DNA from: an uncultured Nitrospiraceae bacterium
GTDB lineage: Bacteria; Nitrospirota; Thermodesulfovibrionia; Thermodesulfovibrionales; Dissulfurispiraceae
NCBI GenBank assembly: GCA_963705105.1
Contig: CAVPIW010000008.1
Location: 32,001-96,000, forward strand
DNA length: 64,000 nucleotides
Reading direction: 5' to 3'
The translations under genes were made by a program, and so were the position numbers. The notes under the pieces are model-generated. The model made no database searches. It was not told where the DNA came from and saw only the letters and a program-made list of their open reading frames with translations. Every line of letters starts with the position of its first letter. Position 1 is the stretch's first letter. This document shows positions 1 to 9,796 of this stretch, piece by piece.

Positions 1-1
1 G

Positions 2-97
2 GAGAACAGGCAGAAACTTGACCGGATCGCCGAGGCGCTGATCCGCGAAGAAGTGCTTGACAGGGAAGATATAAAGAAAATCATAGAAGGTGAGTGA
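2..97 (+). CDS. ftsH: 3' end of a probable FtsH-type protease (partial)
   Basis: Frame 2 reads ENRQKLDRIAEALIREEVLDREDIKKIIEGE*, resembling the peptidase M41 C-terminal helix. Confidence 0.65.
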   Translation, partial: ENRQKLDRIAEALIREEVLDREDIKKIIEGE

Positions 98-115
98 GGC
101 AGAAGGAGGCGCACC

Positions 116-388
116 GTGTTCACCCTCATCATCGTCATTCTCATTATCGCCTTTGTCACCATTTTTTCCGTGCAGAACGCGACGCCTGTGGCCATATCGC
201 TGATTACGTGGAAATTCGAGGCCTCCCTTGCGGTGGTCGTTTTTCTGTCCGTCCTCGCCGGCGTTCTCATCGGTTCGATCATCACCTCCGTCATGGTCGC
301 GAAACGCACCCGGAGAAAGAAACTCAAGGCCCTTCAGTCAAAGCCTCCGCCGCCCGAGAAGCCCGAGGCGCCTACCCTGAGCAACTGA
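116..388 (+). CDS. LapA-family small membrane protein
   Basis: Two TM segments with FSVQN motif and a basic tail; SD AGGAGG before GTG. Confidence 0.8.
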   Translation: MFTLIIVILIIAFVTIFSVQNATPVAISLITWKFEASLAVVVFLSVLAGVLIGSIITSVMVAKRTRRKKLKALQSKPPPPEKPEAPTLSN

Positions 389-470
389 GCGGACGATCAT
401 GTCAGGGCGAGGCTTCTATCGGGGAACGTCCAATTCTGGAAGTTCTCTGATGAAGTCCGCCCCGAGTCCA

Positions 471-529
471 TCATCCCGGCTTGCCCGGGATCCTTCTTGA
501 AGAGAGATTCCCGACAGGCGGGAATGACA
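471..529. repeat. REP-like double palindrome TCATCCCGGC...GATTCCCG...CGGGAATGACA
   Basis: Nearly identical to 27469-27529. Confidence 0.8.
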
Positions 530-545
530 TGGACGTAGTGGCTTT

Positions 546-578
546 ACCTTTGCATACGCCGGACCGGAAGGGTAGGGT
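546..578 (-). repeat. Fragment (right end) of long hairpin repeat family
   Basis: ACCTTTGCATACGCCGGACCGGAAGGG matches the reverse complement of the right end of the 42088-42302 copy. Confidence 0.55.
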
Positions 579-682
579 AAAGAAAGCACGTATCTGGCAA
601 TAAATTGTCACCCATTGGTATAATCATTGAATTCAGTCAGTTGATCTTCTTCAATAATGTTCGAAGTGCAAGGAGGGAATCG

Positions 683-1378
683 ATGGCACGGAAGGTGGGA
701 ATCTGGTTCACAGGATTTTGTTTCATCATGGTATGCGTCTTCTCCGGGTTTTTCGGCAGCGGCGGGACTGCATGGGCCGATGTTTACCAGGACATATCGA
801 AAGACCTGGGAAACGACAACTGGAAAATCAGGTTTGCAGCGGTCCAGAAGCTGGGTACCATGCGGGACGACACGAGGACCGTCGACATGCTTATGAAGGT
901 GGCGGACGACAAGGTCGAGTACTGGCCCGTCAAGATCGAGGCGATAAAAATCCTCGGCGAGATCGGCAACCCGAAGTCCGTCGATGTCATCCTCAGTGTG
1001 TACAACGACACATTCCTCAACAATGAGTGCCCCTCGATCAAGTCTTTTGCTGCGGCTGCCCTCGGCGGCTTCAAGAGCGAGCGAAGGGTTATCGAAGCCC
1101 TCATCGAGGGGATCAACGATCCGGAGGTTCTCACGAGGGAAGCCGCGATACAGTCTCTGGGCAAGCTGAAGGACCCGAGGGCCGTCCCCCCCCTGATCAG
1201 TGCCCTGAACGACCGGAACTATACGGTCAGGCTGAATGCGATCATCTCTCTCGGCAAGATCCAGGATCCCCAGGCGATCCCCCATCTCCGGAAGATCTCG
1301 ACGGTCGAGGAAGACCAGGTCCTGAAGGACACGGCCCTCCTGGCATTAAGGAGCTTTCCCTCCGAAAAGGATCGCTGA
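683..1378 (+). CDS. HEAT/PBS-lyase repeat protein with signal peptide
   Basis: Repeated ..REAAIQSLGKL..AVPPLI..LND units; SD AGGAGG before ATG 683; TGgTATAAT at 616-624. Confidence 0.85.
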   Translation: MARKVGIWFTGFCFIMVCVFSGFFGSGGTAWADVYQDISKDLGNDNWKIRFAAVQKLGTMRDDTRTVDMLMKVADDKVEYWPVKIEAIKILGEIGNPKSVDVILSVYNDTFLNNECPSIKSFAAAALGGFKSERRVIEALIEGINDPEVLTREAAIQSLGKLKDPRAVPPLISALNDRNYTVRLNAIISLGKIQDPQAIPHLRKISTVEEDQVLKDTALLALRSFPSEKDR

Positions 1379-1419
1379 TCCCGAATACCGGGTGGTCAGC
1401 ATAGAGCGACGGATTACGC

Positions 1420-1466
1420 AGGGCCGTTCTCCGCGTGCAGTCGGGCATGCCGGAGACGGCCTTTTT
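1420..1466 (+). terminator. Intrinsic terminator after HEAT gene
   Basis: AGGGCCGTTCTCCG/CGGAGACGGCCT stem followed by T run. Confidence 0.6.
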
Positions 1467-1608
1467 CCATCCCTGAAACAAATCCAACCGCGGCGATTGC
1501 CGGAATCTGCAGAGCGGAATAGAGAGCCCCATGACGGCGAGGGGACGCTTGATGACGGCGCCCTCTGATCGTTTTGCCCTTGATACATCGCGTGATGGAG
1601 CCGGAGGC

Positions 1609-4305
1609 ATGATGGGCGAAGCTTCTGAAAAGGAAATCACTAAGTGGTATCAACTGTCAGCGAAGGAGGCGCTTGCCAAACTCGGCGCCGACGAGCACGG
1701 CCTAACCGAGGATGAGGCCCGTGAGCGCCTTCTCCGGTTCGGTCACAACAAACTCTTTGGCGAAGAGAGGATCAGCAGACTGAAGCTGGTCCTTCACCAG
1801 TTCACGAGTCCCCTCATTTACGTCCTTCTCATTGCCGCCGTCGTGACTTTCGTCCTTGGGGAGCGCATCGACACGGGGGTCATTCTCGCCGTCGTGGTCC
1901 TCAACGCGATCATCGGCTACACACAGGAATACAAGGCCGAGGAGAGCGTCCGGGCGCTCAAGAAAATGGTGGTGCCGAAGGCGCGGGCCCTGCGCGGGGG
2001 CAAAGAGAAAGAGATCAACAGCGAGGACCTCGTTCCCGGCGACATCGTGCTTCTGGCCTCAGGCGCGAAGGTGCCGGCTGACCTGCGCCTGATCAGGACC
2101 ATCGAGCTCAGGATCGACGAGGCGATGCTCACCGGCGAATCCGTTCCCGCCGAGAAAACACACGGGGCGCTGAAGCAGGAGAATCTCACGCCCGGTGATC
2201 AGAGAAACATCGCCTTCATGGGGACGGTCGTCGTTAACGGGAGGGCCACCGGCGTCGTCGTGGAAACGGGAACCCACACCGTGCTCGGCAGTATAGCACG
2301 AGAGGTGACGGAGATCGGCTTCGTCAAGGCGCCTCTCCAGGAGAAGATCCATCGCTTCGCGCAGACGATCGGCCTGATCGTCATGGGCGCTTCGGCTGCT
2401 CTCTTCGGCATCGGCATCCTCCTCGGGGAAAGTGTGAAGGACATGTTCATGACGGCTGTGGCCGCCGCTGTGGCGACGATTCCCGAGGGGCTGCCCATCG
2501 TCGTGACGATCGCCATGGCTGTTGGTGTAGCCCGCATGGCCAGGCAGAACGCTATCATCAGGAAGTTGCCGGCAGTCGAGACCCTGGGCAGCACCACCGT
2601 GATCGGGTCGGACAAGACGGGGACCCTCACGAAGAACGAGATGACGGTGAAGCTCGTCTATGACGGAACGGACACCTATGAAATAACAGGGAGCGGCTAT
2701 GAGCCGAAGGGGGAGATAGTGCATGACGGACTGCCTGTGGACAAACAGGCGGTGAAAGGACTCACTCCTCTATTCAGGATCGGACTTCTTTGCAATGAAT
2801 CAGCCCTTTATGAGGAAGAAGGCCAGTACAAGATCGACGGCGACCCGACGGAGGGTGCGCTCATCGTCTCGGCGAGGAAGGCCGGGATGAACACCGGGGA
2901 GGAAAAGGAGCACTATCCGCAGATCGGTATCATTCCCTTCGAGTCCGACAGGGGCTTCATGGCAACGCTTCACAGGCACCGGGGAAAAAAACTCATTTTC
3001 GTCAAAGGCGGCCCCGAGAAGATTCTGGATATGTGCGCATCCGCTCCTGACGGCGCGGAACTGGACAGGAAGGGCATCCTGCATGTGGCGTCCGCCTTCG
3101 CCGCCGAGGGACTGCGTGTCCTCGCCTTAGCCTTCAGGGAAGGGCCCGATGATATGGAGGACCTCACGCACCATGACGTGGAATCGGGTCTCGTCTTTGC
3201 GGGCCTGCAGGGGATGATCGACCCGCCGAGACCCGAGGTGATCGAGGCTGTCGCGGGATGCCAGAGTGCCGGCATCAGGGTGGTGATGATAACGGGCGAC
3301 CATGCGATCACAGCCCGGGCCATAGCGAAGAAGCTCGGCATTGTCGGGGAAGACGCGGAGGTCCTGACGGGAAAGGAGCTCGAGGGACTTGACGATGAGA
3401 CGCTGTTCAGGAGGGTGCGGGACGTTTCGGTGTACGCGCGCGTCTCCCCCCAGCACAAGCTGCGCATCGTGCAGCAGCTCAAGGAGCATGGGCACATCGT
3501 TGCGGTGACGGGAGACGGGGTGAACGACGCTCCGGCGCTCAAGGCGGCCCACATCGGCGTGGCCATGGGCAGGTCGGGGACGGACGTGGCGAAGGAGGCA
3601 TCGGACATGGTGCTTGCCGACGACAACTTCGCCAACATCTTCAACGCCGTGAAAGAGGGCAGGATCGTCTTCGACAACATCCGCAAGGTCACCTTCTTCC
3701 TCATCCCGACGGGTGTCGCCGCAATCGGTTCGATCATCATGACGATGATGCTGGGCATGCCCATACCCTTTGTGCCGGCCCAGCTCCTCTGGATCAACCT
3801 CGTGACGAACGGGCTGCAGGATGTGGCCCTGGCTTTTGAACCGGGAGAAAAGGGGGTCATAAAGAGGCGTCCGAGGGACCCGAAAGAGGGAATCATGAAC
3901 AGGCTCCTCATCGAGAGGACCATCCTTGTGGGGCTCGTCATCTCCATAGGCGTCGTGTTCAATTTCATGACGTCCGTCAATGCCGGGTCTTCCGTGGAGA
4001 AGGCGAGAACGGTCGCCGTGACGACGATGGTCCTCTTCCAGTTCTTCCAGGCCTGGAACTCACGATCGGAGCATCAGTCGATCTTCACCATAAATCCGCT
4101 GAGCAATCCATTCCTCTTTGTCAGCATGATCGCGGCATTCCTCGCACAGCTTGCCTTTGTCTATGTGCCGGCCCTCCAGTGGGTCTTCAGGACCGAGCCC
4201 ATCACCGCGGCTGACTGGATCAGGATTGTCGCCGTCTCCCTGAGCATCGTCCTTGTCGTCGAGATCGACAAGATGGTCCGGAGACGGAGGCGGGGTGCGT
4301 CATGA
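1609..4305 (+). CDS. P-type cation-transporting ATPase (type IIA, Ca2+-like)
   Basis: TGES, PEGLP, DKTGT, TGD and GDGVND motifs; multiple TMs. Confidence 0.95.
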   Translation: MMGEASEKEITKWYQLSAKEALAKLGADEHGLTEDEARERLLRFGHNKLFGEERISRLKLVLHQFTSPLIYVLLIAAVVTFVLGERIDTGVILAVVVLNAIIGYTQEYKAEESVRALKKMVVPKARALRGGKEKEINSEDLVPGDIVLLASGAKVPADLRLIRTIELRIDEAMLTGESVPAEKTHGALKQENLTPGDQRNIAFMGTVVVNGRATGVVVETGTHTVLGSIAREVTEIGFVKAPLQEKIHRFAQTIGLIVMGASAALFGIGILLGESVKDMFMTAVAAAVATIPEGLPIVVTIAMAVGVARMARQNAIIRKLPAVETLGSTTVIGSDKTGTLTKNEMTVKLVYDGTDTYEITGSGYEPKGEIVHDGLPVDKQAVKGLTPLFRIGLLCNESALYEEEGQYKIDGDPTEGALIVSARKAGMNTGEEKEHYPQIGIIPFESDRGFMATLHRHRGKKLIFVKGGPEKILDMCASAPDGAELDRKGILHVASAFAAEGLRVLALAFREGPDDMEDLTHHDVESGLVFAGLQGMIDPPRPEVIEAVAGCQSAGIRVVMITGDHAITARAIAKKLGIVGEDAEVLTGKELEGLDDETLFRRVRDVSVYARVSPQHKLRIVQQLKEHGHIVAVTGDGVNDAPALKAAHIGVAMGRSGTDVAKEASDMVLADDNFANIFNAVKEGRIVFDNIRKVTFFLIPTGVAAIGSIIMTMMLGMPIPFVPAQLLWINLVTNGLQDVALAFEPGEKGVIKRRPRDPKEGIMNRLLIERTILVGLVISIGVVFNFMTSVNAGSSVEKARTVAVTTMVLFQFFQAWNSRSEHQSIFTINPLSNPFLFVSMIAAFLAQLAFVYVPALQWVFRTEPITAADWIRIVAVSLSIVLVVEIDKMVRRRRRGAS

Positions 4306-5360
4306 TAGACGGAGCGGCAACTCCGGTGGAATATCATAAGATCCTTGCGGGCAAGGGAAAGTATTACATTCTCGTCATCATGGTTCTTACGGGACTGATA
4401 ACGTATCTGCACCTGGCGGTGTTCCGGGAGCCCTTTACCTACGTTGTCCTGGAGGAGTTTTACTATATTCCGCTGCTGATCGGGGCGCTGAAGTTCGGTC
4501 TGAAAGGCGCTCTCGTCACGTACCTCTTTGTTTCGGCCGCTTACTTGCCGTTTTTTTTCGCACCATGGACGGAGACAATAGGCGCTTTTGCGGACAGGGC
4601 GCTGCACCTGCTGTCTTCGGGCCTGTTCAGCGCCCTCGCCGGCGTCCTCGTGGACAGGGAGGAGAGATATCGCAGGCAGTCGGAGAAGGATCGGCACCTC
4701 GCAAAGATCGGTCAGGTGGCCGCAATTATCGTGCACGACCTGAAAAGCCCCCTGATCTCCATTCTTGGATTCGGGAAAAGACTGCAGGAGGGAAAAGGGG
4801 ACATCCTGTCGGCAGCGGAAGCGATAACCGAGTCTGCACAGAACATGCAAAAAATCGTCAACAGCGTCCTCGATTTGTCGAAACCTCTCCAACTGGAAAT
4901 GACGCAGAAAGATCTCAGAGAGGCCGTAAGGCAGGCATCCGAGTCTTGCCATGCAAAGGCCGATGAGAAGGGGATAAAACTGTCAGTCGAGGTCCCTGAT
5001 GCGCCAGTAATCTCGATAATGGACCACGGCAATATTCGGAGAGCGCTGGTCAACCTCATCGACAACGCCGTCGACGCTTCAGCCAGGGGACAGGACGTCA
5101 TGATCAGCCTTGGGACGAAAAAGCGCGGCATCGCCGTTCTGATAAAGGACAACGGTGAAGGGATGGACCCCGAGACGGCTGACAACATCTTCATCCCGTT
5201 CTTTACGAGGAAGGCGGGCGGCACGGGTCTCGGCATGGCCATCGCCAAGAAGATCATCGAGGAGCATCAGGGACATATCCGCGTCGAGAGCCGTCGGGGA
5301 AAAGGGACCACGATAACAATCACTCTGCCTCGCGAAGCCGCCGTCGAAGAGACGGGATAG
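4302..5360 (+). CDS. Membrane sensor histidine kinase
   Basis: N-terminal TMs, H box HDLKSPL, N box NLIDNA, G boxes DNGEG and GTGLG; ATGA overlap with the ATPase. Confidence 0.92.
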   Translation: MIDGAATPVEYHKILAGKGKYYILVIMVLTGLITYLHLAVFREPFTYVVLEEFYYIPLLIGALKFGLKGALVTYLFVSAAYLPFFFAPWTETIGAFADRALHLLSSGLFSALAGVLVDREERYRRQSEKDRHLAKIGQVAAIIVHDLKSPLISILGFGKRLQEGKGDILSAAEAITESAQNMQKIVNSVLDLSKPLQLEMTQKDLREAVRQASESCHAKADEKGIKLSVEVPDAPVISIMDHGNIRRALVNLIDNAVDASARGQDVMISLGTKKRGIAVLIKDNGEGMDPETADNIFIPFFTRKAGGTGLGMAIAKKIIEEHQGHIRVESRRGKGTTITITLPREAAVEETG

Positions 5361-5443
5361 CTGTCGTCATCGTCGCGTCCGGCATGATGGGCTGACGGCT
5401 TGTGTCGGCGAACGTGAAAACGGGCAGAAACCGGAGGCATGCC

Positions 5444-5878
5444 ATGAACGGGACATTGTTTCAGGGAGCATGGAAAATCGGCTCGGTATTTGACATTCCC
5501 GTCAGGGTGCATGTCACATGGTTCATTGTTTTCGGCCTCATAACGTGGTCGTTATCGACCTATTATTTCCCCGAGGCGCCGCCCGAGTTGCCCCCCGCCG
5601 CCCACTGGGTGGAAGGCGCCGTCGCGGCTCTTCTCCTCTTTGCTTCCGTCGTCCTGCCCGAAATCGCCCATTCCGGTTTAATGGTTTCCATGGAACATAT
5701 TCTCTTGGGCGCTTTTGTTCTTGTTCTTCTCAGTGTCGTTGCGAGCAAGGCATTCCTCGGCGTGGGGATGCTCGCCGGCGCCAACGGCCAGGGCGGCATA
5801 CATTTCGACGACCCCTGCCTCACGCTGACCTTTGCGTTTGAACGTAATGTCATCCGGAGACATGAAAGGGGGCGCTGA
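5444..5878 (+). pseudogene. Chimeric remnant: M50 site-2 protease N-terminus fused to a K+/H+ antiporter (NhaP2-like) N-terminus
   Basis: GIPVRVHxxW-like start; HExxH degraded to PEIAH; then LLSVVASKA-FLGVGMLAG..GGIHFDDP with an apparent internal deletion. Confidence 0.65.
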
Positions 5879-6386
5879 TGATGGCGTTTGAAAACATCTT
5901 CCAGCAGACCGCTTTGCTGCTCTTGGCGGCCTCGGCGGCGAGCGCACTGCTCCTGTGGCTGCTCCAGCCCCTGATTGTCGCATACATCCTTGTCGGCATT
6001 CTTACGGGACCTTCCGTGCTCGGCATTATCACCGTCTTTGAGAGAAGGGTTCACGAGCGGGAGGACGCCACGTTGCCGTGAGGAGCAAACAGGGGTTTCG
6101 CGTGTGCTACGGAGATGTGGAAGACCCCGAATGTCCGGCGGCCCTGCCGCTGAACCGGGCGCAGTTGATTGTCAGTACTATCCCGCAGCTTGACGTAAAC
6201 CTCGCGCTTCTCGAGGCGCTCAGGCAGCACGGCTATGAGGGCCGCAAAGTCCTGACGGCTCACTCGGAGTACGATGCCTCGAGATTGAAAGAGTCGGGCG
6301 CTGACATGATCCTGTCGCCTTTTATCGACGCAGCAAGAGAGGCTGCCGACACAATGGCCGCAGCAGTCCCGAAAGGAGATGGGTAG
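5878..6386 (+). pseudogene. Remnant of a Kef-type cation:proton antiporter (first TMs at 5878-6081, TrkA-N domain at 6078-6386)
   Basis: QPLIVAYILVGILTGP is a typical CPA2 start; [17 protein letters not shown] is a TrkA-N end; the middle is missing. Confidence 0.7.
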
Positions 6387-6388
6387 GT

Positions 6389-8101
6389 ATGAAACGAAAA
6401 AATGGAGCGTTACGGTCTGTCGCCTATTTTTCCATGGAGATAGGCATTGACGAGAGGATTCACACGTACAGCGGCGGACTGGGAGTGCTGGCAGGAGACA
6501 CGATCCGCTCTGCGGCCGATCTCAAGGTGCCCATGGTCGCGGTCACTCTTCTGTACCGCAGGGGTTACTTCCGCCAGAAGCTCCTGGCGGACGGATGGCA
6601 GGAGGAACAACCCGATCCGTGGACAGCCGGGGAATTGCTTCACGAGGAGTCGGCCAGAGTATGGGTCACAGTGGAAGGACGGACCGTTCAGCTGCGGGCG
6701 TGGCGATACACCGTGAAAGGAGTCGATGGCTTTACGGTCCCGGTTTATTTCCTCGATGCCGACCTGCCGGAGAATATGGAATGGGACCGGGGCCTGACAC
6801 AGTCTCTGTACGCTGGGGACGATCACTACCGGTTGTCCCAGGAGATGATTCTGGGAGTGGGCGGTGTCAGGATGCTCCGCGCCCTGGGCCATGGGAACAT
6901 CAAAAGCTTTCACCTTAACGAAGGCCATGCCGCTCTCCTGACGCTGGAACTCCTGGACGAGGCGGCGCGAGCGGCCGGCCGGGCGTCGGTAACGGAGGAA
7001 GATTGCGAAGCGGTGCGAGAGAAATGCGTCTTCACGACCCACACCCCCGTGCCTGCCGGGCATGACAAGTTCCCCATCGGTCTGGCGCGACAGGTGATCG
7101 GTGAACGAAATGATTTTCTTGAACTGGAGGGTGTCCTATATGAGGGAAATAGCCTGAATATGACCCACCTTGCCCTCAATATGTGCCGTTATATCAACGG
7201 GGTGGCCCGAAAGCACGGGGAGGTCTCCCGGCTGATGTTCGCCGGCTATTCCATCGATGCCATCACCAATGGAGTCCATGCCGCGACCTGGGTTTCAAGG
7301 CCTTTCGCATCTCTTTTCGACCGGCATATTCCTCTCTGGCGGCGCGACAATTTCAGTCTTCGCTCTGCGTTGAGCATTCCCGGCAAAGAGATCTGGAATG
7401 CCCACATGCAGTGTAAGAAGATGCTGATTGACCTTGTCAAGCGGGAAACTGGCGTTGGCATGGATGAGAACGTCCTGACTATCGGATTCGCCAGGCGTGC
7501 CACGACGTACAAAAGGGGGGACCTGCTTTTCCGGGATATGGAGCGGCTTAGGAGGATATCAAATAACGTCGGTAAAGTCCAGGTGATCTTCGGCGGCAAG
7601 GCCCACCCCAGGGACCGCGACGGGAAGGAAGTGATCAAGAGGATATTCCATGCGATGCACGTCCTGCGGAATGATGTTCCCATCGCCTACCTTGAGAATT
7701 ACAATATGACGCTGGGTGCCATGATAACGTCCGGTGTCGACCTTTGGCTCAATACTCCGGAGCCCCCCATGGAGGCGTCGGGAACGAGCGGGATGAAGGC
7801 ATCCCTGAACGGTGTTCCCAATCTCAGCGTTCTGGATGGCTGGTGGATTGAAGGGCATATAGAAGACGTGACGGGATGGGCAATCGGGGAGATGGCTCCG
7901 GGGAAAGGAGTCGACCGGGATCATTCCCGGGATGCACCCGCCCTCTACGATAAACTGGGGAATGTCGTTCTTCCCCTCTTCTACAACAACAGGGAACGAT
8001 TCATCGACGTGATGATTAACGCAATCGCCATAAATGGATCGTTTTTCAATACTCACAGAATGATGCAGGAATATGTCCTCAACGCATACTTCGGCAGTTG
8101 A
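6389..8101 (+). CDS. glgP: Alpha-glucan phosphorylase
   Basis: [17 protein letters not shown] and EASGTSGMK (PLP lysine) motifs. Confidence 0.95.
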   Translation: MKRKNGALRSVAYFSMEIGIDERIHTYSGGLGVLAGDTIRSAADLKVPMVAVTLLYRRGYFRQKLLADGWQEEQPDPWTAGELLHEESARVWVTVEGRTVQLRAWRYTVKGVDGFTVPVYFLDADLPENMEWDRGLTQSLYAGDDHYRLSQEMILGVGGVRMLRALGHGNIKSFHLNEGHAALLTLELLDEAARAAGRASVTEEDCEAVREKCVFTTHTPVPAGHDKFPIGLARQVIGERNDFLELEGVLYEGNSLNMTHLALNMCRYINGVARKHGEVSRLMFAGYSIDAITNGVHAATWVSRPFASLFDRHIPLWRRDNFSLRSALSIPGKEIWNAHMQCKKMLIDLVKRETGVGMDENVLTIGFARRATTYKRGDLLFRDMERLRRISNNVGKVQVIFGGKAHPRDRDGKEVIKRIFHAMHVLRNDVPIAYLENYNMTLGAMITSGVDLWLNTPEPPMEASGTSGMKASLNGVPNLSVLDGWWIEGHIEDVTGWAIGEMAPGKGVDRDHSRDAPALYDKLGNVVLPLFYNNRERFIDVMINAIAINGSFFNTHRMMQEYVLNAYFGS

Positions 8102-8127
8102 GCCAATAAAGGGCAGGGAGGCTATTG

Positions 8128-8538
8128 ATGATGCTTGAATATATGAAACGATTCGAGAGGATCATAACGGCTTCACTCGTTGTCATGCTGGCGATTATCG
8201 TTTTTCTTGCAACGTTGGAACTCGGCTGGCTCATCGTGCAGGACATCATCAGTCCGCCGCTTTTTCTCCTCGAAATAGGGGAACTCCTGGATATCTTCGG
8301 CCTTTTTCTCCTTGTCCTGATCGGCATCGAGCTCCTTGAAACGATCAAGGCGTACCTGAAAGAGAGCGTGGTCCACGTCGAAGTCGTGTTTATCCTGGCC
8401 ATGATCGCCATCGCGAGAAAGGTGATCATCCTCGATATCAAGGATGTCGATGCCCTGACCCTGATCGGCATAGGAGTCATCATCATTGCTCTTTCGGTGG
8501 GATACTGGTTCGTTCGTCAAGCGCGCCCTCGGCAGTGA
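8128..8538 (+). CDS. PsiE-family membrane protein
   Basis: 4 TMs with LIGIELLET and AIARKVII motifs. Confidence 0.8.
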   Translation: MMLEYMKRFERIITASLVVMLAIIVFLATLELGWLIVQDIISPPLFLLEIGELLDIFGLFLLVLIGIELLETIKAYLKESVVHVEVVFILAMIAIARKVIILDIKDVDALTLIGIGVIIIALSVGYWFVRQARPRQ

Positions 8539-8551
8539 CGTCCGGCAATGA

Positions 8552-8767
8552 ACCTTGTAGTCGCATTGAAAGGGCGGGGCGAAGCGCCTCAAAGCCTTGC
8601 TGAAGGCGACGATGAGCCTCGTTATGCTTGTGCGTCAGGATCCCACCCTTTGTGTGATCGACCATCGGCTTGAAACGTGGCCGTCCGTACCGGTTATGGT
8701 GTCGCCGCAGCAAGGTTTTCGGCGCATACACCCCGCCTTTCCAGAGGTCCTATTGCAACGATAAGGT
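8552..8767 (+). repeat. Long hairpin repeat, type I, full copy
   Basis: ACCTT...AAGGT ends and ~60-nt imperfect inverted arms; homologous to 42088, 45957, 60335, 61680. Confidence 0.9.
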
Positions 8768-8816
8768 AACCAAGGGGTAAGACCTGCACAGGCCGTATCG
8801 TTGGTGAGGAGGAAGA

Positions 8817-9128
8817 GTGAAGATCATAGAGGTGATCGCAGATAAAAGCACTTCCGGCGTCGTATCAGCGGTTGCGGAGAAGCACGAGACATATGATTTC
8901 CGTTTGGGGCACGAAGGGGAAAACGGCCGGCAGGTGATGCAGCTTCTCGTGCGCGATGACAGAGTGCAGGAAGCGATTGACGCCTTGCAGGGCGCCCTGG
9001 AGGGACAGCCGTCGGCGAGGATTCTCGTTGTTCCCCTGGATGTGGTGCTGCCGATGCCTCCCGAAGAAAAGCGCACCAAAGAAGAGGCTGCATCGGCCGC
9101 ACGGGAGAAACTCTATCTTGATATATGA
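8817..9128 (+). pseudogene. 3'-truncated TIGR00341/DUF389-like membrane protein
   Basis: Only the soluble N-terminus, ending AREKLYLDI*; TM region absent; abuts a truncated repeat copy. Confidence 0.6.
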
Positions 9129-9142
9129 TCTTTTAAAAAATA

Positions 9143-9269
9143 ATCCACCCCTTGTGTCATCGACCATTGGCTTGAAAGGTTGTCTTTTGTAAGGGTTACG
9201 GTGTCGCCGCAGCAAGGTTGTCGGCGCATACGCCCCGCCTTTCGCGGGAGTGTATTGCAACGATAAGGT
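9143..9269 (+). repeat. Long hairpin repeat, right half only
   Basis: Matches the right ~125 nt of the 8552 copy. Confidence 0.85.
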
Positions 9270-9307
9270 ATATTTAAATTAGAACTTTGAACATTTCAGG
9301 AGGCTGC

Positions 9308-9796
9308 ATGAGAGCAAAGGACCTGATGGTGCCTCTTGCAGAGACGCTGAAGCCGCAGGATACCCTGAAGGACGCGGCCCGCCTTTTAAGGACGGTCAGG
9401 AGAGGAGAAGAAACAATCGGCGTCAAAGCATTGCCTGTGACGGACGAAAAGGGACGTCTCGCCGGCATCCTTTCGATCGGTGACATCCTGAAGGCTGTCT
9501 ATCCGCCTTACATGTACTTCTCCTCTCTCGGTGACTTCGCCTGGGACGGCATGGTGGAAGCCATCGCCGCGCGCATGGCCGAGAGGAGGGTGGAGGAACT
9601 CATGACAAAGCCGGTTATCACGGTCAGCGAAAATGCGACCCTCATGGAATGCATCGACCAGATGCTCCGGAATGACGTCAAGAGGGTCCCCGTCCTGAAT
9701 GATGAAAAAAAGGTCGTCGGCATGCTGTACGAACGGGATGTCTTCTATGCCATCACGAAGGCCATGCTGTCCGAAAAGAACGAGGGGGAGAAATGA
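9308..9796 (+). CDS. CBS-pair domain protein
   Basis: Two CBS motifs (LPVTDEKGRLAGILS, VPVLNDEKKVVGML). Confidence 0.9.
   Translation: MRAKDLMVPLAETLKPQDTLKDAARLLRTVRRGEETIGVKALPVTDEKGRLAGILSIGDILKAVYPPYMYFSSLGDFAWDGMVEAIAARMAERRVEELMTKPVITVSENATLMECIDQMLRNDVKRVPVLNDEKKVVGMLYERDVFYAITKAMLSEKNEGEK

Noticed and set aside
1380..1608. Metal riboswitch (yybP-ykoY or M-box) before the P-type ATPase
   Set aside because: No consensus motifs found; the hairpin is explained as the terminator of the upstream gene.
8552..8767. Long repeats as CRISPR or canonical integron attC sites
   Set aside because: They are dispersed rather than regularly spaced, their ends lack conserved RYYYAAC/GTTRRRY, and no cas or intI gene is present.
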